A stretch of 64,000 bases of DNA, taken from assembly GCA_002434805.1 (NCBI GenBank), contig DJKW01000009.1:15483-79482 (forward strand). The letters run 5' to 3'. This DNA is from Patescibacteria group bacterium UBA6532. Its GTDB lineage: Bacteria > Patescibacteriota > Minisyncoccia > Minisyncoccales > UBA6532. A program made the translations under genes and the position numbers. Position 1 is the first letter of the stretch; the number at the start of each line of letters is the position of its first letter. Below the pieces are notes generated by a model. It did no database searches. It saw nothing but the letters and a program-made list of their open reading frames with translations, and was not told the DNA's origin. Of this stretch, positions 20,474-30,600 are shown in pieces.

Positions 20474-22906
20474 TTATTTCCCATGGCATTTTTTAAACTT
20501 CTTACCCGAACCGCAGGGACAAGGATCGTTCCGGCCAACTTTTTTATCGCCCGAAGTTTTAACGGAAACGGGGGCTCTAACTTCACCAGGCGTCTCTTTT
20601 GGAGCAGTTTTTGCTTTTAAAATTGTGTTGGCAATGGTCACTTCCAGGGTGTTCAGAAGCTGTTTGAACATCTTATGTCCTTCTGATTTATATTCTACCA
20701 AAGGATCTTTCTGGCCGTAAGCTCGCAAACGAACAGAATCTCTTACGTGTTCCATGCTGTCTAAATGCTCCATCCAAAGGAGATCTATGACTCTTAAAAC
20801 AGCGAATCTTTCAAGCTTTTGCATATTATCTGGACCAATTTCTTTTTCTTTGGCTTTAAAATCTGATTCTGAAAAACCGGCCTTTTTTATCATTCCTAAA
20901 ACATCTTCTCGAAGACTATCTGGAGAAGCTGATAGAAATTCTCTTCTTTTCCTATAAATTACTTCTCTGTGCTTGTTTAAAACATCGTCATATTCTAAAA
21001 CGTGCTTTCTTAAATCAAAATTCATTCCTTCAATTTTAGACTGAGCAGATTCAATAGCTCCGGAAATCATCTTAGCTTCAATCGGCTGGTCTTCGGGAAT
21101 CTTCAGCATTTCCATTAAAGATTTTACTTTCTCTCCTCCGAAAATTCGCATCAAGCTGTCTTCTAAGGAAACAAAGAATTGAGAAGATCCAGGATCTCCC
21201 TGTCTTCCTGTTCTTCCCCTTAATTGATTGTCTATTCTTCTCGCTTCGTGCCTTTCCGTACCCATAACGTGCAAGCCTCCTAATTCTTTAATCTTTTTTG
21301 CTTCCTCTAAGCTCGGCGGATTCCCTCCTAAGACTATATCAACTCCACGACCTGCCATATTGGTGGCAATAGTAACCGTTCCTAGCCTTCCAGCCTGAGC
21401 AATAACCTGACCTTCTTTCTCGTGGTGCTTGGCATTTAAAATTTGATGGGGAACCACGTCTCTTTCTAATAGTTTCCCTAAATATTCGTTTTTTTCTATA
21501 GAAGTGGTTCCGACTAATATTGGCCGCCCTTTCTTGTGCTCTTCTTTGATTTCTCTCACTACCGCTTCAAATTTACCTTTCTCTGTCTTATAGACCTGAT
21601 CTATTAAATCCTTTCTGATCATTGGTTTGTTTGTGGGAATAGCTAAAGCTTGCAATCCATAAACCTTGTCAAACTCTTCGCCTGAAGTGATGGCGGTTCC
21701 CGTCATCCCGGCTAATTTTTTGTACATCCGGAAATAATTTTGAAAAGTGATGGAGGCTAAAGTAATGGATTCTGGCTGAACCCTTACCCCTTCTTTAGCT
21801 TCAATAGCTTGATGAAGACCGCCGGAATACCTGCGACCTGGCAATAATCTTCCTGTAAACTCATCAATAATAATCACCTGGCCTTCTTTAACCAGATAAT
21901 CGCGATCCCTTTTAAATAACGTATGAGACCTTAAAGCCTGTTCTAAATGATGCAAATATTTTATTCCCTTTTCCTGATAGATATCTTCCATTTCTAAAAT
22001 CTTTTCTACTTTTTCAATGCCAGGTTCCGTCAAAGTAGCTGCTTTCATTTTTTCGTCAATTTCGTAATCTTTATCAAGAGAAAGCTGGGGAATTATCCTG
22101 GAAAACTCTCCGTACATTTGAGATGATTCCTCGTCTGGAGCTGAAATAATAAGCGGAGTTCTCGCCTCGTCTATTAAAATACTGTCTACTTCATCAATTA
22201 TGGCAAAATTTAACTCTCTCTGGGCCATATTTTCTTTATCGTAAGCCATATTGTCTCTCAAGTAATCAAAGCCAAATTCATTATTGGTGCCGTAGGTAAT
22301 ATCTGCCAAATAAGCTTCTTTTCTGGGAACAGGCTTTAAATAGCTCTCAATAACTTTAAACCCTCCGATTAAATCTCGCTCCTCGTCCTCTTTTCCGTTT
22401 TGAGGCTGGCTAGGATCATAGATAAAAGCTGCATCATGTACGATGCAAGCAACAGAGAGCCCGAGCAGGTGGTATATTTGCCCCATCCAAACTGCGTCTC
22501 TTTTTGTTAAATAATCATTAACAGTGATAATATGCATTCCTTTTTCTTCAAGAGCGTTTAAATAAACGGGCAAAGTAGCAGACAGGGTCTTTCCTTCTCC
22601 GGTCTTCATCTCAACAATCTTCCCTTGGTGCAAAACTATTCCTCCTATCAATTGGACGTCAAAATGGCGCTGGTTTAAAGTTCGCTTGGCCGCTTCCCTT
22701 ACTAAGGCAAAAGCTTGGGGCAGTAAAGCATTTAATGTCTCTCCTTTCTTAAGGCGTTCTTTAAATTCAGCGGTTCTTGCTTTAAACTCCTCATTAGAAA
22801 AACCCTTGAATTTTGATTCAAGGTTATTAATCTTTTCAATTTGAGGCTGGAGTTTCTCTAGGTATTTTTTATTGGCATCCCCGAAAATCTTAGTGACAAA
22901 AGACAT
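20474..22906 (-). CDS. secA: Preprotein translocase ATPase SecA (with C-terminal zinc-binding tail)
   Basis: [38 protein letters not shown]-terminal [14 protein letters not shown]. Confidence 0.97.
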   Translation of the reverse strand: MSFVTKIFGDANKKYLEKLQPQIEKINNLESKFKGFSNEEFKARTAEFKERLKKGETLNALLPQAFALVREAAKRTLNQRHFDVQLIGGIVLHQGKIVEMKTGEGKTLSATLPVYLNALEEKGMHIITVNDYLTKRDAVWMGQIYHLLGLSVACIVHDAAFIYDPSQPQNGKEDEERDLIGGFKVIESYLKPVPRKEAYLADITYGTNNEFGFDYLRDNMAYDKENMAQRELNFAIIDEVDSILIDEARTPLIISAPDEESSQMYGEFSRIIPQLSLDKDYEIDEKMKAATLTEPGIEKVEKILEMEDIYQEKGIKYLHHLEQALRSHTLFKRDRDYLVKEGQVIIIDEFTGRLLPGRRYSGGLHQAIEAKEGVRVQPESITLASITFQNYFRMYKKLAGMTGTAITSGEEFDKVYGLQALAIPTNKPMIRKDLIDQVYKTEKGKFEAVVREIKEEHKKGRPILVGTTSIEKNEYLGKLLERDVVPHQILNAKHHEKEGQVIAQAGRLGTVTIATNMAGRGVDIVLGGNPPSLEEAKKIKELGGLHVMGTERHEARRIDNQLRGRTGRQGDPGSSQFFVSLEDSLMRIFGGEKVKSLMEMLKIPEDQPIEAKMISGAIESAQSKIEGMNFDLRKHVLEYDDVLNKHREVIYRKRREFLSASPDSLREDVLGMIKKAGFSESDFKAKEKEIGPDNMQKLERFAVLRVIDLLWMEHLDSMEHVRDSVRLRAYGQKDPLVEYKSEGHKMFKQLLNTLEVTIANTILKAKTAPKETPGEVRAPVSVKTSGDKKVGRNDPCPCGSGKKFKKCHGK

Positions 22907-22926
22907 ATTGCTGTTTTTTCCATTTT

Positions 22927-22955
22927 ATTATACGAGAAAAACGAGATGATGTAAA
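22927..22955 (-). promoter_or_regulatory. Sigma70-type promoter upstream of secA (TTTACA-17-TATAAT)
   Basis: Minus-strand TTTACA (22950-22955), 17-nt spacer, TATAAT (22927-22932), about 15-nt SD-less leader. Confidence 0.5.
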
Positions 22956-23000
22956 CAAAAAACAGCTTAAAAAAGCTATTAAAATTGAAGGCCGATAAAT

Positions 23001-23861
23001 CTATTTTAGAGTATAGCTTATAATCTTATAAACCAATTTGGCAGCTAAAAAGTCTGGAGCGACCATGCCGGGAATGGGACAAAGCTCAACAACGTCAGCT
23101 CCGACTATGTTTTTCTTTTTTGCTACTTTTTCAATTAAATCCAAAACTTCGTACCAGCCAAGGCCACCGGGCACCGGCGTTCCAACCGAAGGCATAATCC
23201 CAGAATCAAAAACATCCAAATCTACGGTTAAATAAACGTCTTCAGTTAAATTCTCTAAAACTTTTTCAACCGGGATTTTCGGCGCTTGGAAAATATTCTT
23301 AATCTTTCCTGACTTCATGTAGTCTTCGGTCTCTGGGTCTATGCTGCGAATACCGACTTGAACCGTAGGAATTTTTAAATCTTGAATCCGGCGCATAACA
23401 CAAGCGTGGGTATAGCGGGAACCGCAGTATTCATCCAAAAGATCAAGGTGAGCATCAAGCTGTAAAACCGACAAGTTAGAATGTTTCTCTTTAAGAGCTT
23501 CTACGCCCCCAAGGGTAATGGAATGCTCTCCTCCCAAGAGAAAAGGAAATTTATCTTTGGACAAAATATCTCCAACCACCTCTTTTAAGCCGTCTATAGC
23601 TTCTCTGCCGGGACCGCAGCTTAATTCTGATTCATCAAAGGTAAAAATAGGAAAAGGATTACCTTCATCAAAAAAGAGCTCGTCTAACTGACGAGAAGCA
23701 TTAATAATGGCTCTGGGGCCCTCTCTGGTTCCCCCTCTCCAGCTGGTAGTTATATCATAAGGAACGGGAACTATGACAACTTTGGATTTTTTAAAATCCT
23801 GATTCTTTATCGCCCCGAAATTAAAAGGCCAGGTTTGAAGATAGTAGTCCTTTTTATTCAT
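23001..23861 (-). CDS. speB: Agmatinase (arginase/ureohydrolase family)
   Basis: GGEHSIT, LQLDAHLDL, TVDLDVFD metal-binding motifs. Start overlaps the dhs stop (ATGA). Ends in TAG. Confidence 0.85.
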   Translation of the reverse strand: MNKKDYYLQTWPFNFGAIKNQDFKKSKVVIVPVPYDITTSWRGGTREGPRAIINASRQLDELFFDEGNPFPIFTFDESELSCGPGREAIDGLKEVVGDILSKDKFPFLLGGEHSITLGGVEALKEKHSNLSVLQLDAHLDLLDEYCGSRYTHACVMRRIQDLKIPTVQVGIRSIDPETEDYMKSGKIKNIFQAPKIPVEKVLENLTEDVYLTVDLDVFDSGIMPSVGTPVPGGLGWYEVLDLIEKVAKKKNIVGADVVELCPIPGMVAPDFLAAKLVYKIISYTLK

Positions 23862-24907
23862 TTCTTAAAATAATTAACTATTTTTCTTTTAGTCTTTATT
23901 CTTTCTTCTAAGGCATGGGTTACAATGGGCAGGGCAATAGTAGCATCGCAGTAGCACTGAATATTTTTACCGGTCTCTGATTCTTTTCCCCAACTAATCG
24001 CTTCATCAAAGGTGCATCCTGAAAGCCCGCCCCATTGGGGAGCATCCGTAGTAATTTGAATTGCGTATTGATGGGGATAATAAGAATAAGGATCTTTGCC
24101 TCGAATGCTTTCATCCTTTCTCTTTGGTATTTTCCTTTCACTGTATTGTAAGGGAGAAGAAACAGCCATTAGTTGAATAAAATCTTTTGGCACTCCCCCG
24201 CCGATATAAATTACTCCTGTTTTTTTAATCTTTTCACCTATCTTGGTAAATTCTTTGAAATCTTTGACCTGGTCAATAACCACATTAAAACCGTCGTTTT
24301 TTGCCAAAAGAACAGCTTCGCCATAAGCTGAATCAACCAGGGCTGGTGAGAAAACAGGAACCTTGTATTTTGCTGCCATAGCTACAATGCTGTTAACATT
24401 TCTTTTTTGCAGCCATTTCCCGAATAATAATAAGAATTCTCTGGAAGAATAAATGTAATCTGGATCCAGGGTCTTAATGAAGTCAACAATAAGGTCAGTC
24501 ATATCTCCGTAATCTGGTTCATATCCATAAACATCATAATATCTGTTTATCTCTTTCTTAAACAATTTAATATCGTTAGGATGGATTTCTCCCTTCCAAT
24601 AATTTTTACCCATTGCTTCAACAATATCTTCTGAAATATTAGCTCCGGTTGAAACTATAATGTCAATGAACCTGTTTTCAATCAGCCAATTAACTATTTT
24701 CCATTGGCCAGTAGTGCTTAAAGATCCGGCGTAACCAAAAACAATAGTCAAGTCTTTGTCTTTTATCATCTTCTCCCAAACCTTAACTACCTCTCCCAAC
24801 CTTCTTCCCTGAAAGCCGGTATCTGCCATTTCATCCAAAAGCTTGGATATTTTCTTTTTCTTTACTTCAATTGCTTTAACTTTTTCTTTAAAATAAGGGT
24901 CCTTCAT
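23858..24907 (-). CDS. dhs: Deoxyhypusine synthase homologue
   Basis: DHS-fold strings GYAGSLSTTG, VSTGANISEDI, IYIGGGVPKDF. Start reassigned to MKDPYF (24907) because the longer track ORF overlaps pdaD. Confidence 0.8.
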   Translation of the reverse strand: MKDPYFKEKVKAIEVKKKKISKLLDEMADTGFQGRRLGEVVKVWEKMIKDKDLTIVFGYAGSLSTTGQWKIVNWLIENRFIDIIVSTGANISEDIVEAMGKNYWKGEIHPNDIKLFKKEINRYYDVYGYEPDYGDMTDLIVDFIKTLDPDYIYSSREFLLLFGKWLQKRNVNSIVAMAAKYKVPVFSPALVDSAYGEAVLLAKNDGFNVVIDQVKDFKEFTKIGEKIKKTGVIYIGGGVPKDFIQLMAVSSPLQYSERKIPKRKDESIRGKDPYSYYPHQYAIQITTDAPQWGGLSGCTFDEAISWGKESETGKNIQCYCDATIALPIVTHALEERIKTKRKIVNYFKK

Positions 24908-24915
24908 ATTTAGTT

Positions 24916-25458
24916 TTAGGGTATAAAAACGGCAGCTGCTACCGCTGAGGTCCAAAGACCGTTTTTGTCTCCCCTGGCTGTTTGAGTAATATTTGACGTA
25001 TAAACAATTTTTTTGCTTAAGATAAAAGCTTGACGCCGAGAATCCCAAGCATCTTCGGGATTAAATTTTATTCCCAAAGTTGAAGCTAGCATGGAAGCTG
25101 CCAAATCTTCAGAATAATCCCCGGCTTTTTCTTTCGTTAAACCAAAACCGTGATGCTCTGAAAGATAACCATAAGCATTATCACCAGAAGGAAGGGCATA
25201 ACCGATTGAGGAAGAGATTAAACGATTGGGCTCGTTAGTCTGGTTTCTGGCTAAAACCACGTAAACTATTTCTCCGGGGCTTAAAAGATCCAAACCTTTG
25301 TCTCTGGTTATTCTCTTGCAGGCTGGAGGTAAAATACTGGAAACTGAAACTAAATTAAATCGAGCAATCCCGGCACTTCTTAAAGCCACCTCAAAAGAAT
25401 GGAGATATTCTTTATGAACCCCCGCTCCCTTAGTAAGAAAAAATTTCGTTGGAATCAT
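24916..25458 (-). CDS. pdaD: Pyruvoyl-dependent arginine decarboxylase
   Basis: FLTKGAG...LHSFEVALRSAGIARFNLVSVSSILPP (self-cleavage SS site), archaeal PdaD-type length. Confidence 0.85.
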   Translation of the reverse strand: MIPTKFFLTKGAGVHKEYLHSFEVALRSAGIARFNLVSVSSILPPACKRITRDKGLDLLSPGEIVYVVLARNQTNEPNRLISSSIGYALPSGDNAYGYLSEHHGFGLTKEKAGDYSEDLAASMLASTLGIKFNPEDAWDSRRQAFILSKKIVYTSNITQTARGDKNGLWTSAVAAAVFIP

Positions 25459-25462
25459 ATTT

Positions 25463-25906
25463 TTATAAATTCTCCTTTTTAATCCTTCTTTTTCGGTAAA
25501 ACCGAGCCAAAGGAGATAATTTTAAATCTTTCTTTATTGCTCTTTGAGCCCTTTTTGATTTTGCCGCTGATTTATTTTTATATTTTTTTATCTGCCTTTG
25601 TAATTCATCCTTCACTTCAACAATGGAAAGGCGTAAATTATGAGATAGAGCTTCTGACCTCATACTTTTACCAGGAAAGCGCATTTGGCACTCGGCCCGG
25701 AAAAATGGTCCTTTTCTGTGATGTAAGGTAGTTTTACTAATTTCCACCCAAGCCTTCACTATCGGTTTTCTTTTAGTAAGATAGTCGTCAAAATATTCTT
25801 CCCGAAAAATATCAGAAAACTTCTCTAGTTGACCGATTTTCTTTTCAATAAAGTCTCGGAGAAATTTATTTAATTCAATATTTTTTGCTTTAATTACAAT
25901 TTTCAC
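25463..25906 (-). CDS. hpf: Ribosome hibernation promoting factor / RaiA family (GTG start)
   Basis: N-terminus (M)KIVIKAKNIELNKFLRDFIEKKIGQLEKF matches the HPF/YfiA pattern. Basic C-terminus. Confidence 0.7.
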   Translation of the reverse strand: MKIVIKAKNIELNKFLRDFIEKKIGQLEKFSDIFREEYFDDYLTKRKPIVKAWVEISKTTLHHRKGPFFRAECQMRFPGKSMRSEALSHNLRLSIVEVKDELQRQIKKYKNKSAAKSKRAQRAIKKDLKLSPLARFYRKRRIKKENL

Positions 25907-25938
25907 TAATTTTAGAGAAATTTTTTTTATATTACTTT

Positions 25939-25967
25939 ATTATTCAGAATTTAAGGAATGCTGTCAA
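25939..25967 (-). promoter_or_regulatory. Candidate promoter of the hpf-pdaD-dhs-speB operon (TTGACA-17-AATAAT)
   Basis: Minus-strand TTGACA 25962-25967 and AATAAT 25939-25944. Confidence 0.45.
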
Positions 25968-25989
25968 TAAAAAAACTGTTAATAAAAAA

Positions 25990-26946
25990 TTAAAATCCTA
26001 AAAACTGAATTTCTGTTTCCAGTTCAATCCCGAATTTTTTCTTTACTTTATTTTTTATCAGTTTTATTAAAAAAACAACGTCTTTGGCTTTGGCCTTTCC
26101 TAAGTTAACAATAAAATTAGCGTGTTTTTCAGATATTCTGGCCCCCCCTGATTTTTTTCCCTTTAAATTGCATTTTTCGATCAGATATCCGGCCGGAATC
26201 ATCTTGTTTTTGTTAAACTCTTTTAATTCTGGAAATTCCTTTAATAAATTCTTCTTTAAAATCTTCCCTTGATAACTTTTAAAAATACTTCCCGCTGAGG
26301 GCAAATTAAGAGGTTGGGTATTTTTACGATAATTAAGGTGCTTTTTAAAGTCTTTCTCTATTTTATTGCTTTTTTCTTTTTTTAATTTTAAAACTGCAGA
26401 AAGAATTATTAAGTTTTTCTTCTTTTTAAAAATACTTTCCCTGTAAGTAAAATGACAATCCTTATTTCTGAAAATTTTTAACTTATTGCCCTTTAAGTCA
26501 AAAACTTCAACTCTTTCAATAATATTCTTCATTGAAAGCTTTTTAGTTCCGGCATTACCATAAATAGCTCCTCCTAGCGTCCCTGGTATTCCCGCCAGAT
26601 GACCAAGGTTTCCTAACTTTTTTCCTTTTACTTTCTGAACAATTAAAGAAAGAGGTATTCCAGATTCAGCATAAATTTTATCTCTTTGAATAGAGAACTT
26701 TAAAAAAAGGGTTTTAATAACCAAACCTAAAAACCCTTTATCTGAAACCAAAAGGTTGCTTCCTCCTCCAAGAATAAAAAAAGGTAATTGGAGTTCTTTG
26801 GCAGATTTTATGGCTTCAATGAAATCAGCTTTTGTTTTAGCAAGATAAAAATAGCGAGCTGGCCCGCCAATTAAAAAAGTAGTATATTTTTTTAAGGAAA
26901 TACCTTTTTGGAATTTTTTAATAATTTTTGCTTTATTATTTTCCAT
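25990..26946 (-). CDS. murB: UDP-N-acetylenolpyruvoylglucosamine reductase
   Basis: FAD-binding region GGGSNLL, catalytic region PSAGSIFK, C-terminal MurB domain. Confidence 0.85.
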   Translation of the reverse strand: MENNKAKIIKKFQKGISLKKYTTFLIGGPARYFYLAKTKADFIEAIKSAKELQLPFFILGGGSNLLVSDKGFLGLVIKTLFLKFSIQRDKIYAESGIPLSLIVQKVKGKKLGNLGHLAGIPGTLGGAIYGNAGTKKLSMKNIIERVEVFDLKGNKLKIFRNKDCHFTYRESIFKKKKNLIILSAVLKLKKEKSNKIEKDFKKHLNYRKNTQPLNLPSAGSIFKSYQGKILKKNLLKEFPELKEFNKNKMIPAGYLIEKCNLKGKKSGGARISEKHANFIVNLGKAKAKDVVFLIKLIKNKVKKKFGIELETEIQFLGF

Positions 26947-27013
26947 TATAAAGAGCCCCGGCAGTTGACTCCAATTCTAAGTCTTTAGTGAGTGCTGTCA
27001 CCGAGGCTCAACA

Positions 27014-28207
27014 CTATGATAACACAACTCTCATCAAAGCCAACTGCTTTATTTGCCCTAATTTCCCTTTTTGGCAAGCTCTTTCAGAAAACTTTTCTAC
27101 TCCGTTTTTCCCCTTGCCATAAATCAATAAAGGAATCGTTTCTGAGCAATGGCTTTTTAATTGAGAACAGGTAGCGTGATCTCCGGTAACAACAATTAAA
27201 GTATTATTTAAATTTAAAAGCGTCTTTATGTTAACATCAATCTTTTCAATAAATCTTTTCTTCCCTAGAAAGTTTCCGTCTTCAGCTAAGCTGTCTGTAG
27301 CTTTAATGTGTAAAAATACAAAATCGTATTTCTTAAGTGACTTTTTAACTGCTAAAATCTTCCCTTTGAGGTTTGTCGTGGGAAACCCGGTAGCTCCTTT
27401 AACTAAAATTAAATCCATTCCCAGAATTTTTCCAATTCCTTTGTAAAGGCCGCCGCCGGCTATACAACAAGCTTTTAAGCCGTATCTTTCTTTAAAGCTT
27501 GGCGTTCTTTTTAATCGGCCAGCTCCCCGAACTAAAAGGTAGTTAGCTGGCAAAAGCCCTCGCTTCTCCCTTTCTCTATTTAAGGGATGCCCTTTTAAAA
27601 TTTGATGGGCTCTTTCTAAAAATTCGTTTAAAACTTTTGCTGTTAACTTAGCTTCTTTGGAATTGTCTTTTGCTGAAATTTCTTTTACCTTCTTCCCCAC
27701 TTCTTTTGGATCGCCATTGCTAATCTCAGAAGAAAGACCCTTGCCCCTTAAAACTAAGACCGCTCTATGACCATAAGATTTCTTAATTATAATCTTAACC
27801 CCTTTAATCCTTGTTTTAGCCAAGCTTTTGATTAAAGGCTGAGTATTTTCAATTCTTCCTGATCTCCGATCCAAAACCTTAAAGTTCTTATCAACTGTAG
27901 CAAAATTAGCCCTCAAAGCTATATCTCCTTTTTTTAATTTAATTCCAATTCCCATTGCTTCATAGGGACCCCGGCCCAAATAATATTTATTGGGATCGTA
28001 GCCAAATAAAGCTAAGTGGCAGGTATCGGAAGCTGGTTTTTCTTGTGAAGAAAATAAAAAAGGCTTTATTAAACCAGAAACACCTTCTTTAGTTAAAGAA
28101 TCCAAATTAGAAGTCTTGGCCGCTTCCAAAGGAGTTTTATTTCCTAAAACCCTAATAGTTTTATCACCTAAACCGTCAATAACGATAAAGATTATTTTCT
28201 TTTTCAT
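27014..28207 (-). CDS. apgM: Cofactor-independent phosphoglycerate mutase, archaeal ApgM type
   Basis: IVIDGLGD, HIKATDSLAEDG, VTGDHAT metal-site motifs; about 400 aa. Confidence 0.8.
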   Translation of the reverse strand: MKKKIIFIVIDGLGDKTIRVLGNKTPLEAAKTSNLDSLTKEGVSGLIKPFLFSSQEKPASDTCHLALFGYDPNKYYLGRGPYEAMGIGIKLKKGDIALRANFATVDKNFKVLDRRSGRIENTQPLIKSLAKTRIKGVKIIIKKSYGHRAVLVLRGKGLSSEISNGDPKEVGKKVKEISAKDNSKEAKLTAKVLNEFLERAHQILKGHPLNREREKRGLLPANYLLVRGAGRLKRTPSFKERYGLKACCIAGGGLYKGIGKILGMDLILVKGATGFPTTNLKGKILAVKKSLKKYDFVFLHIKATDSLAEDGNFLGKKRFIEKIDVNIKTLLNLNNTLIVVTGDHATCSQLKSHCSETIPLLIYGKGKNGVEKFSERACQKGKLGQIKQLALMRVVLS

Positions 28208-28312
28208 TAATTTATTATACCACCAAAAAACCCAACACCGAAGGCGCAGGGATTTTTTTCTTAACCAAAACTATCATTAACAATATTAATATTAATGTGA
28301 TTTTAATAAAAA

Positions 28313-28603
28313 CTAGGGACTAGGAACTTCCGGAGGCGTTCCCCCTTTATAAGGAGGCGGTTGTGACGAAAATCTCTCTTTTTTTTCTGGTTCTTGAGGT
28401 GCTGCCTCTTCAGAAGGAGAAACTTCCTCTTTAGGAAGAACAGGCGTTTCTTCTTTAACTGGAGGAGGCGGTGGCGGAGATGGAGGTACAAAAGGTCCAT
28501 TCTCTGGGTCTCCTTGTTCTGGGACTGATCCCCTTTTTATCTTAAAGTAATAGAGTGAAACTCCGATAATCACTATTGCTAAAATTATTATAGTTAAAGA
28601 CAT
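28313..28603 (-). CDS. Small membrane-anchored proline-rich protein
   Basis: N-terminal TM (IIILAIVIIGVSLYYF) followed by PPSPPPPPP/PE-rich tail. The alternative-frame ORF 28303-28500 is rejected. Confidence 0.5.
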   Translation of the reverse strand: MSLTIIILAIVIIGVSLYYFKIKRGSVPEQGDPENGPFVPPSPPPPPPVKEETPVLPKEEVSPSEEAAPQEPEKKERFSSQPPPYKGGTPPEVPSP

Positions 28604-28674
28604 AATAATAGATTAACAATTAACGATTATTTATTCGACCTCTGCTTATATTCTCTCTTTTAATGCTTTTTAGG

Positions 28675-29991
28675 TCAAGTGGAAAATCGGTCAACTAATT
28701 CATATATGTCTCCGGCCCCCATAATAATGACTATTTCTCCCCTATTTAAATAATCTTTACAATAAGGAAAAATATCTTTTTTAGGCAAATAAATTACTTT
28801 CTGTTTATTTATTGCTTTAACTAGTTTTTTAGCGCTGACTTCTTTTTTAATCTTCTTTTCTTCTCTGCCAGCAACGTCATATATATCAGTAATAATAGCC
28901 TTATCAATCGGCGCCTCTTGAAAGACTTTTAAAAAATCCTTCCAAAGATAAAAAGTTCTCTGATACTGATGTGGCTGGAAAATACACAAAATCTGATTGT
29001 TTGGAAACTTCTCTCGAACTGCTTTAAGAGTTGCCTTAATTTCTGTCGGATGGTGGGCGTAGTCAGAAATAACTGTTAATTGCTTATTGTTAATTGTTGA
29101 TTCCTTTATTTCAAACCGCCGCCAAGAACCTTTATATTCTGAAAGGGCTTTAAAAGACACTTTGTCAGAAATACCTAAAACCCTGGCCAGAGTTAAAGCA
29201 GCCAAGGCATTTGAAATATTATGATCTCCTGGTATTTTTAGAATTTTCTTTAAATCCTTTGCTTCTGTCTGATTTAAGGAATACCATTCTAAATATTTCG
29301 GCTGTTTTATCTCCCCTAGCAACTGAAACATCCTTTTATCATCTTTATTAGCAACTAAGGTTCCAGTTTCTAGTAAAAAATGAATGTATTTTTTATAAGT
29401 TTTAAGGATATTCCCAAAGTTCTTATAATAATCCAAGTGGTCTTTTTCAATATTGGTTAAAACAATAACTCTGGGGCGATAGTTTAAGAAAGAGGCCACA
29501 TACTCGTCAGCTTCAATTACTAAATACTCGGATTTTCCTTTCCTAAAATTGGAATTGCCAAACTCTCTGAGTTTTGTGCCGATTATTACTGTCGGATCAA
29601 GCCCCGCTTTAATTAAAACCAAAGAAATCATGGAAGCTGTCGTACTCTTTCCATGGGTACCAGAAACAGCAATAGTAAAATACTGCTTAGTCAGCTCTCC
29701 TAAAGCTTGAGGATATGATATAGTTTTTATTTTATAGCTTTTAGCTTTTAGCAATTCAAGGTTGTCTCTTTTTACTGCCGGGCTGTAAACAACCAAATCA
29801 ACACCTTTTAATAAATTCTTGGCTTTATGATTTCCAATAAAAACCTCGGCTCCTTTCCTTTGAAGGTATTTTATAATCTCTGAAGAAACCAAATCAGAGC
29901 CAGAAACTTTGTCTCCTTTTGCCAAATAGTATTGAGCTAGAGCTGAAACGCCGATTCCCCCAATACCGATAAAATGTATTTTTTTATTCAT
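28675..29991 (-). CDS. murC: UDP-N-acetylmuramate--L-alanine ligase
   Basis: IHFIGIGGIGVSALA, GTHGKSTT, Mur ligase middle and C domains. Confidence 0.9.
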   Translation of the reverse strand: MNKKIHFIGIGGIGVSALAQYYLAKGDKVSGSDLVSSEIIKYLQRKGAEVFIGNHKAKNLLKGVDLVVYSPAVKRDNLELLKAKSYKIKTISYPQALGELTKQYFTIAVSGTHGKSTTASMISLVLIKAGLDPTVIIGTKLREFGNSNFRKGKSEYLVIEADEYVASFLNYRPRVIVLTNIEKDHLDYYKNFGNILKTYKKYIHFLLETGTLVANKDDKRMFQLLGEIKQPKYLEWYSLNQTEAKDLKKILKIPGDHNISNALAALTLARVLGISDKVSFKALSEYKGSWRRFEIKESTINNKQLTVISDYAHHPTEIKATLKAVREKFPNNQILCIFQPHQYQRTFYLWKDFLKVFQEAPIDKAIITDIYDVAGREEKKIKKEVSAKKLVKAINKQKVIYLPKKDIFPYCKDYLNRGEIVIIMGAGDIYELVDRFST

Positions 29992-30554
29992 TATCCCAAA
30001 GGGGCTGACTCTAAAACTATGTATTCAGGGCCGCCCTTTTTTAATTGACTTCCCATAACCTCAATTGAATTTACTTCAAAATTCAAATTAATTTCTTCTG
30101 AAATTTCAGGTATTTCTTCTAGTTCCATATTCCTCAGCTCCCAAGTTCTTATTCTCCCTAAAGTTATATGAGGAGAAAAACCCCTGTTTTCAGATGAAAA
30201 TCTTACTCCCCCGCCTATTAGCGAGTCTTCTAAGTCATCCTTTAAGGAAGACGAATCTTTAGATATTTCTCCTTTGACCCAAACCATTCGAGGGGGCATC
30301 TTCTTTGGGGGACCATAAGAAATATTTTTCAAATTAATGGAAAAAGGCTTGTGTTTTAAAGCTACTTTTTCAGTAATTTTACAAACCTCGCCAAGATCTT
30401 CGTCTGAAATATCGCCAAGGAAAAGCAAGGTAATATGTAAATTATGTTCTTTAGTCCATCTTGCTGGCAATTCCGGCCATTTTTCCTGATAGCCAAAAAT
30501 CCTTTTCTTAATGTCTTGGGGAAGATTAATGGCAATAAAAACTCGGTGTTTCAT
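29991..30554 (-). CDS. thpR: RNA 2',3'-cyclic phosphodiesterase / 2'-5' RNA ligase family
   Basis: Two HxT motifs (HITLLFLG, HITLGR). Start moved to MKHRVFIAINLP (30554) because the track extension runs into the divergent promoter. Confidence 0.75.
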   Translation of the reverse strand: MKHRVFIAINLPQDIKKRIFGYQEKWPELPARWTKEHNLHITLLFLGDISDEDLGEVCKITEKVALKHKPFSINLKNISYGPPKKMPPRMVWVKGEISKDSSSLKDDLEDSLIGGGVRFSSENRGFSPHITLGRIRTWELRNMELEEIPEISEEINLNFEVNSIEVMGSQLKKGGPEYIVLESAPLG

Positions 30555-30563
30555 AAAAATCAA

Positions 30564-30592
30564 TTGAATTTTAACACATAAAGGATTAAAAT
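30564..30592 (+). promoter_or_regulatory. Sigma70-type promoter (TTGAAT-17-TAAAAT) placed 8 nt before the NIF3 ATG
   Basis: TTGAAT 30564-30569, TAAAAT 30587-30592, ATG 30601. Implies a leaderless or 1-2-nt-leader mRNA. Confidence 0.55.
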
Positions 30593-30600
30593 TAAAGAAT

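Noticed and set aside
24908-25048. N-terminal 47-aa extension of the DHS ORF in the track (start 25048).
   Set aside because: The extension overlaps the 3' end of pdaD in another frame and has no DHS similarity. The MKDPYF start at 24907 gives a 9-nt intergenic gap.
28303-28500. 65-aa Arg/Lys/Leu-rich ORF.
   Set aside because: It is an alternate frame of the proline-rich membrane-anchored ORF 28313-28603, which has a plausible TM anchor and start context.
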